Sequence record: LR745206.1
Direction: 5' to 3' (one strand)
Length of the DNA: 64,000 nucleotides
Shown: piece by piece, positions 58,830 through 64,000 of the stretch
Position numbering within the stretch: the stretch's first letter is position 1
Layout of the letters: each line of letters begins with the position of its first letter
Program-made: the position numbers and the translations under genes
The notes under the pieces: model-generated
Databases searched by the model: none
What the model saw: only the letters and a program-made list of their open reading frames with translations
What the model was told of the DNA's origin: nothing

Positions 58830-60440
58830 TTATAAATTTATTTTGATTACTTTATAAGGGTATTTTCTCTTATTGTAGAATTTTTCTCTTTCCTTGAAAT
58901 GTCTATAAAGTATATTATTCATGTTATTGGGATCATAAATATCAACTAGGTCAAATATCATAGCTTTTTCTTTATCACTATGTAAACGAAGAGCTCTACC
59001 GATTGATTGTATTATAATTTGTTCCGACTTAAAAGAATCTGTGAATATAACATTAAATATTGCATTTATCGAAACACCTGTTGATAATGTACCATAAGAT
59101 GCGATTAATACCTTAACATTATCACCGGTATTCTCCATTTCTTTCTTAATGATCTCTCTCTTTTTACCACTAACTCCACCATCAATATAGTAGAAATCTT
59201 TATTTGTTAGTTCTTTTTGTAATTTATTAAATATTTTTTGACCATACTCAATTGTGTGGAATAATAGTAAGGTATTTGTATCACACTTCTCAACTATCTT
59301 TTTTATAAAATCTAACCTTTTATCAGATATGTGTATATAATCCTTTTCTATTTCAAAAGCCTCTTTACCATATCCACCTTTCCTTATTTGTTCCATCCTA
59401 TCCGCAAATTCCAGGTCATTGTGGTTCATTATAACAGCCTTTATCTCCATTGGTGATATAATACCCTTTTTCTTCAATTCATCAGCAGAAACTTCTGTTA
59501 TCTTTGGGCCAAGAACTGCTTGTATTGTTAGTATCTCACACCCTTCATCATCCGGGAAAGTACCAGATACTCCAAATCTAGAATAAGCTTTACCAAAAGT
59601 CTTTTGTAGTATAGTTGTTATTGTCTTGGCTTTTGCTCCGTGTGCTTCATCAGTAACAACCGTGTGAAATTGTTGGAAGAATTCTTTTGGCCATTTTTCC
59701 AAAGATTGATATGTTCCTATATAGATATTAGCATCTTGTTGACCTGAATACTTTCTTGGCCTTTCTGACATTACTTCTTCAACTCTAACATCACAAGGTA
59801 CATGAGTTCCATTTAGTATATGATCTATCTTTTTATCCCTCATCTCATCTAAATTATTAGCACCATTATTATATTCGATGATATTATCATAGAATTGTGT
59901 TACTAATGTTATTGATGGTACAATTATTAAGAATTTAGCCTTAGGATCCATATTCTTTAATGTATAGAACATCACAATTGATATGATTAATGATTTACCA
60001 CCTGATGTAGCAACCTCAGCCATACAATATCTATTTTTTAGAATTTTAAAAGCTGATTCTACTTGATGATCATATGGTTTGAATGGTATCCATTTACCTT
60101 CTTTGGTTTTAACCTTATGTTCTTTGAAGAATTCATCACAGAAACTTTTAACCTTTTCTAGTGTAACATCTCTATTTAAAGGAAAGTCTTCTTTATTTTC
60201 TAATATGAATGGTGCTTCTATTTCTTGGCATCCCCTCATTGCTTCTTTCCAAAGTCCAATATTTATTCTACCATTTCTAAAGTATGTTTGTTGTCCATTC
60301 CACACACCTAATTTAAATGCTGGCATATATCTATAACCTTTAACATGTCTAGTTAGCCACAAACTTAATTGATGGTATTCTATTCTAGTAGCTTCGGTTA
60401 CAACAATTTCCTCTGTTTCCTTTTCATATCTAAACTTCAT
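58830..60440 (-). CDS. uvsW: UvsW-like SF2 DNA helicase
   Basis: ATSGGKS (Walker A), IVPSITLVTQ, TYQSL, TDEAH, GVSGT, YIDGGV, STGVSI, QSIGRALR. Confidence 0.9.
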   Translation of the reverse strand: MKFRYEKETEEIVVTEATRIEYHQLSLWLTRHVKGYRYMPAFKLGVWNGQQTYFRNGRINIGLWKEAMRGCQEIEAPFILENKEDFPLNRDVTLEKVKSFCDEFFKEHKVKTKEGKWIPFKPYDHQVESAFKILKNRYCMAEVATSGGKSLIISIVMFYTLKNMDPKAKFLIIVPSITLVTQFYDNIIEYNNGANNLDEMRDKKIDHILNGTHVPCDVRVEEVMSERPRKYSGQQDANIYIGTYQSLEKWPKEFFQQFHTVVTDEAHGAKAKTITTILQKTFGKAYSRFGVSGTFPDDEGCEILTIQAVLGPKITEVSADELKKKGIISPMEIKAVIMNHNDLEFADRMEQIRKGGYGKEAFEIEKDYIHISDKRLDFIKKIVEKCDTNTLLLFHTIEYGQKIFNKLQKELTNKDFYYIDGGVSGKKREIIKKEMENTGDNVKVLIASYGTLSTGVSINAIFNVIFTDSFKSEQIIIQSIGRALRLHSDKEKAMIFDLVDIYDPNNMNNILYRHFKEREKFYNKRKYPYKVIKINL

Positions 60441-60552
60441 CTCATGTTTATATATAAAATAAGTTTGTTTGTTTATTTTTGTGTTTTTTCGAGGTTTTTT
60501 ATAAGAGGGAGGGCAGAAATAAAGATATATAATTAAAAATTAATTAAAAATC

Positions 60553-60888
60553 ATGGGTATAATATCTTTTTTTAGAAGAATATTTGGTAAAAAGAAAGCT
60601 CCTATAGCTTTAAAGGCTGAGGTTAAAATAGAAACTGTTAAACCAGTGGAAAAGCCAATAGTTAAGGAACAACCAATAGTTAAACAAGTGGAAAAGCCAG
60701 TTGAAGTGAAAACTGAAACAAAAAAAGTAACAGCTAAGGAAATAAAAGCTAAAGTTACTAAGGTTAATACTGATAAACCAGCTACTCCAAAAAAACCAAA
60801 GAATAAACCTAAGGTTAATAACGGTGAAAATAAATCAGCTCCTAAGAAAAAGAGAGCACCGAGGAAACAATCACCAAAAAAGGATTAA
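60553..60888 (+). CDS. Lys/Pro-rich basic low-complexity protein (histone H1-like composition)
   Basis: Amphipathic MGIISFFRRIFG then KPVEKPIV repeats and PKK runs. Confidence 0.65.
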   Translation: MGIISFFRRIFGKKKAPIALKAEVKIETVKPVEKPIVKEQPIVKQVEKPVEVKTETKKVTAKEIKAKVTKVNTDKPATPKKPKNKPKVNNGENKSAPKKKRAPRKQSPKKD

Positions 60889-60891
60889 AAT

Positions 60892-60918
60892 AAAAAACCA
60901 CTCAATGAGTGGTTTTTT
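60892..60918. terminator. bidirectional intrinsic terminator
   Basis: AAAAAACCACTC-AAT-GAGTGGTTTTTT. Confidence 0.85.
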
Positions 60919-61550
60919 TATTCCATTATTTTCTGAATCTTATAATCTCTTAGGTATGATCTAAACTTACCTTCAAAATATTCCTTACCTTTCTCATTAT
61001 CCTTACCCATTCTCTCTATCATCTTATTTAAGAATCTATCAAGTGGTTGATTTGTGTGTAAGTTATTTATATTTAAACCAGGTCCTAAATATCGATTAAA
61101 TATCTTTAGTAGTTTAGTTGAGTTTTGTGTATTTGATTTTTCACTATTATATAATTCTCTTTCTATTTCACAATATAAGTGTTTTATTGCATTAACAGTA
61201 TCCTCATTAGATGTTACCAATTCCATATCCATCTCATTACATTCATGTAATTTTACCCAAAATTTAGCACCACCCAATTCAATGTTATGTTCTCTTTCAA
61301 CCTTCTCAGCTTTTGTTTTAGCCTTTGGTACGGAAAATGTTATTGAACTAAACTGTGATAGACCTTTTCTTATATAAACTCTATCAATTTTAATTACTAA
61401 TCCCTTTGGTAGTTCTATTACTGTTGCGTTATTAAACGGAATATTCATTTTATTGAACATTTCTCTATTTCGGTATTCACCATATAATGTTATTGTCCAA
61501 TTTTCTTCTAACCTTATTAGTGTTCCTATATCTGGGATAAATAGTTTCAT
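60918..61550 (-). CDS. hypothetical protein, C-terminal tag
   Basis: MKLFIPDIGT...; ends LRDYKIQKIME. Confidence 0.75.
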   Translation of the reverse strand: MKLFIPDIGTLIRLEENWTITLYGEYRNREMFNKMNIPFNNATVIELPKGLVIKIDRVYIRKGLSQFSSITFSVPKAKTKAEKVEREHNIELGGAKFWVKLHECNEMDMELVTSNEDTVNAIKHLYCEIERELYNSEKSNTQNSTKLLKIFNRYLGPGLNINNLHTNQPLDRFLNKMIERMGKDNEKGKEYFEGKFRSYLRDYKIQKIME

Positions 61551-61555
61551 ATTTT

Positions 61556-62221
61556 TTATTTTCTTTTTATTAAGATTTCATCAATCATACCATATCTTTT
61601 AGCATCCTGTGCATTCATCCAATAATCTCTATCTCCGTCTTTTTGTACTTTATTATATGTTTGACCAGTTCTATCTGATATTATATCATATAATTCTTTT
61701 TTTAATGAGTTTATTTCTTTGGCTTCTATCTCTATATCGGATGCTTGTTGCATCCACCCACCACCAATAGGTTGGTGTATCATTGTTCTGCTTCTTTTCA
61801 AAGCTTTTCTCTTACCTTTCTCACCAGAACAGAGTATTATAGCACCCATTGATGCTGCTAATCCAGTATTAACTGTAGCTATATCTGGTTTTATGAAATC
61901 CATAACATCAAGTAATCCAAGTCCAGAATAAACTGATCCTCCCGGACTATCAATATAAATTGATATATCATCATCACTTTCTGATTCTAAATAGAGTAAT
62001 TGAGCTTTTATTATATTACAGATGTAATCATCTATCTCAGTTGATAGGAATATTATTCTCTCATCTAATAATTTAGAAAAAACATCAATAGGCATATCAT
62101 TATCACTTAGTACATTTGGTGTGTTATTTTTCTTCTGTATATGTTTGAAATAGTCATTGGTGTATAAACTACCTATTGATTTACTAAGTAGGTAATTTTG
62201 AAAGTCTTTAGATTGATTCAT
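61556..62221 (-). CDS. clpP: ATP-dependent Clp protease proteolytic subunit (paralog 2)
   Basis: DVFSKLLDERIIF, IDSPGGSVY, GLAASMG, MIHQP, GDRDYWM. Confidence 0.95.
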   Translation of the reverse strand: MNQSKDFQNYLLSKSIGSLYTNDYFKHIQKKNNTPNVLSDNDMPIDVFSKLLDERIIFLSTEIDDYICNIIKAQLLYLESESDDDISIYIDSPGGSVYSGLGLLDVMDFIKPDIATVNTGLAASMGAIILCSGEKGKRKALKRSRTMIHQPIGGGWMQQASDIEIEAKEINSLKKELYDIISDRTGQTYNKVQKDGDRDYWMNAQDAKRYGMIDEILIKRK

Positions 62222-62318
62222 TTATCAAAGTTATTTTTTAGTTTTATGTATTTATTATATGAATGTTTATTAAAAGTGGGTTTATGTTTTTAATATATAA
62301 TAAAAAAATAAGTATTAT

Positions 62319-62606
62319 ATGAAAACTAAAGTTGAAATTAATGGATACGAAATCGAGATCGAAGAAAAAGATGGTCTTATTATCGTAAAAGCTGAGAAAG
62401 ACGAAGAAATTGTTGAAGAATTCACAATTGAAATGGAAGAAGGTGAAGAAGGACAAGATGAGGTTCAAGGATTTGAAGACTTCGAAGGTGGTGAAGAAGA
62501 AGGTGACTTTGACGGAGACGACTCAGAAGGTGAAGAATTTGGAGACGAAGACGAATCTAAATTAGAGTCTTTCCAATCTTTTGTTAACAAGAACATAAAA
62601 AAATAA
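62319..62606 (+). CDS. highly acidic small protein
   Basis: E/D-rich tract; ends KLESFQSFVNK; TAATATATA at 62291-62299. Confidence 0.75.
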   Translation: MKTKVEINGYEIEIEEKDGLIIVKAEKDEEIVEEFTIEMEEGEEGQDEVQGFEDFEGGEEEGDFDGDDSEGEEFGDEDESKLESFQSFVNKNIKK

Positions 62607-62616
62607 ATCTTAATTA

Positions 62617-63672
62617 ATGATTAAGAAATTTAATCAATTTCTAGAAAATAACAATTCTAGATACCTGCTATACTATGCTTTCGACTGGGATGATAATATA
62701 TTAAACATGCCGACTGTAATACATATGGATAAGAGGGTTGGTGAATCTTGGGTACCTACTGATGTATCAACTGCTGAATTTGCAGAAGTTCGTGGGTCTG
62801 ATGATTATAGGATATTAAATAACAACCCTGATGAAGCATTCTCTGAATTTAGAGATTTTGGTCCAAGAGGTATGGAAGCGTTTTTGATAGATGTGAAATC
62901 AGCTATTAAACAAAAAAGATTTGGTCCTGCTTGGGATGATTTCATTGAATGTTTGAGTAATGGTTGTGTATTTGCTATAATAACAGCTAGAGGTCATGAG
63001 CCAGAAGCTATTAGATTAGGTATAGAGTGGATAATAGACAATGTTATGACTGAGGAAGAGGTTTATGAAATGTATAATAACCTATTAAAATTTGAATATG
63101 TATTTGATAGAGAAGAGGGTGATAAAATACTTAGAGGTAAACCCTCTGAGAATGTATCATTCCGTAAATACTTAGATCAATGTGATTTGGTTGGGGTTTC
63201 ATCACCATCAAGAGGTGGTGCTCCGGATAATCCAGAAAAGTCCAAAGAAGAAGCTTTGTTGGAATTTAAAGAAAAGGTTAATAATTATGCGTCTAGAATC
63301 GGTGTTAAAGCTAAAGTTGGATTTTCTGATGATGATTTGAAAAATGTTAAACACATCGAAGACCTAATTGATAATTTAAATCATGAACAATTCCCAAATA
63401 TAATTGAATATGTTGTTAAGGGAACAAAAGATCCATCATCTATAACTAAAAAGGTTAGAACTATGAGTGAAGGATCACAAACTACTGGGTTAGAATCGTC
63501 TGTTTTACCGTTTACACAATTTAATAATATGACAAATAAATTGTACCCAAAGGGTCCGGATAATAGGCAAGATGATTTTGCTAATGAGTTTAGAAGACAA
63601 TCTGAGTATTTAGCAAAAACTTCAAAAGAAACTTTAGATAAAAAAAATATTAAAAATAAAAAATCCTCTTAA
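62617..63672 (+). CDS. HAD-superfamily-like protein, N-terminal tag
   Basis: AFDWDDNIL, IITARGH, GFSDDD; MIKKFNQFLEN. Confidence 0.65.
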   Translation: MIKKFNQFLENNNSRYLLYYAFDWDDNILNMPTVIHMDKRVGESWVPTDVSTAEFAEVRGSDDYRILNNNPDEAFSEFRDFGPRGMEAFLIDVKSAIKQKRFGPAWDDFIECLSNGCVFAIITARGHEPEAIRLGIEWIIDNVMTEEEVYEMYNNLLKFEYVFDREEGDKILRGKPSENVSFRKYLDQCDLVGVSSPSRGGAPDNPEKSKEEALLEFKEKVNNYASRIGVKAKVGFSDDDLKNVKHIEDLIDNLNHEQFPNIIEYVVKGTKDPSSITKKVRTMSEGSQTTGLESSVLPFTQFNNMTNKLYPKGPDNRQDDFANEFRRQSEYLAKTSKETLDKKNIKNKKSS

Positions 63673-63684
63673 AGAGGATTTTTT
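63658..63684. terminator. bidirectional intrinsic terminator
   Basis: AAAAAATCCTCT-TAA-AGAGGATTTTTT. Confidence 0.85.
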
Positions 63685-63917
63685 TTATCTATAATTTTAT
63701 TTAATTTCTCATCTCTCACTATTTGCTTCTCATTTAGATGATACCATCCTCTAAAATCATGTATATAATAAACATAATTAATTACTTTACCATTCTCATC
63801 AACATCAGCGGTACAAGTTGAACCAAACATAAATTTTTTAAAACTTTCAAACCATTCAGTAGGTATTTCATAGTCCCTAACATCAGTTCCTCTGTCATAT
63901 AACTCTTTTGCTGTCAT
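63669..63917 (-). CDS. hypothetical protein, C-terminal tag
   Basis: ends VRDEKLNKIIDKK; TATATTTG at 63923-63930. Confidence 0.7.
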   Translation of the reverse strand: MTAKELYDRGTDVRDYEIPTEWFESFKKFMFGSTCTADVDENGKVINYVYYIHDFRGWYHLNEKQIVRDEKLNKIIDKKNPL

Positions 63918-64000
63918 AAGTACAAATATAGTAAACTTAGATGTTATTTCCTAATATATCATGTGATGGATAAGTCTTATATAAAAAATATGATGCAGAA

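Noticed and set aside
3508-61931. Many short antisense or overlapping ORFs in the track (e.g. 3508, 5255, 6785, 8717, 12064, 14419, 18246, 28446, 29628, 32065, 48343, 56046, 60079, 61719)
   Set aside because: They lie opposite well-supported genes, lack motifs and show antisense-biased composition
11342-63684. Intergenic inverted repeats as REP or mobile-element ends
   Set aside because: Stem sequences differ from each other and are flanked by A/T runs at gene ends, as expected for intrinsic terminators
1-64000. CRISPR array, rRNA, tRNA, tmRNA or RNase P RNA
   Set aside because: No regularly spaced direct repeats or hallmark sequences seen by eye
1-64000. Alternative genetic code (stop-codon reassignment as in some large phages)
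   Set aside because: Conserved genes are full length under code 11; TGA appears in ATGA overlaps as a true stop; the one broken gene is a frameshift, not a read-through

Overview
A very AT-rich, densely coding 64-kb segment of a large T4-like (myovirus-type) jumbo phage. Evidence: UvsW-like helicase, gp5-type OB-fold hub protein and gp53/LysM-like baseplate genes at 48-60 kb, plus many short orphan ORFs. The host is most likely Bacteroidota: TAnnTTTG promoter boxes precede many genes, and there is a Bacteroidota-type TonB-dependent receptor/lipoprotein pair. Host-like genes include two ClpP paralogs, RnpA, RpiB, SlyD-type FKBP, PrsW, an Smr protein, NAMPT + NadM-Nudix, patatin, an Rnl5/DRB0094-type RNA ligase, an amidoligase, a GGCT, three Nudix domains and five peptidoglycan-related domains. 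The most striking pattern is a window-wide two-class organisation. About 24 unrelated proteins start with an M-K-[YH]-[LI]-K-x-[FY]-x(1-5)-E tag, resembling the T4 capsid-targeting sequence, and many sit behind a TAATATATA box. A different, non-overlapping set of about 24 proteins carries an R-[DE]-x-K-[IL]-x-x-[IL]-[IL] helix, mostly at the C-terminus (one copy lies inside UvsW), and many sit behind host-type TATATTTG promoters. Also notable: a ~250-nt pseudoknotted candidate ncRNA (31.9-32.1 kb), a structured leader before the RNA ligase, a frameshifted gene at a canonical slippery heptamer, and a shared acidic motif in two baseplate-region wall hydrolases. No tRNA, rRNA or CRISPR array was seen. 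All family calls are by eye from sequence motifs, not database searches.
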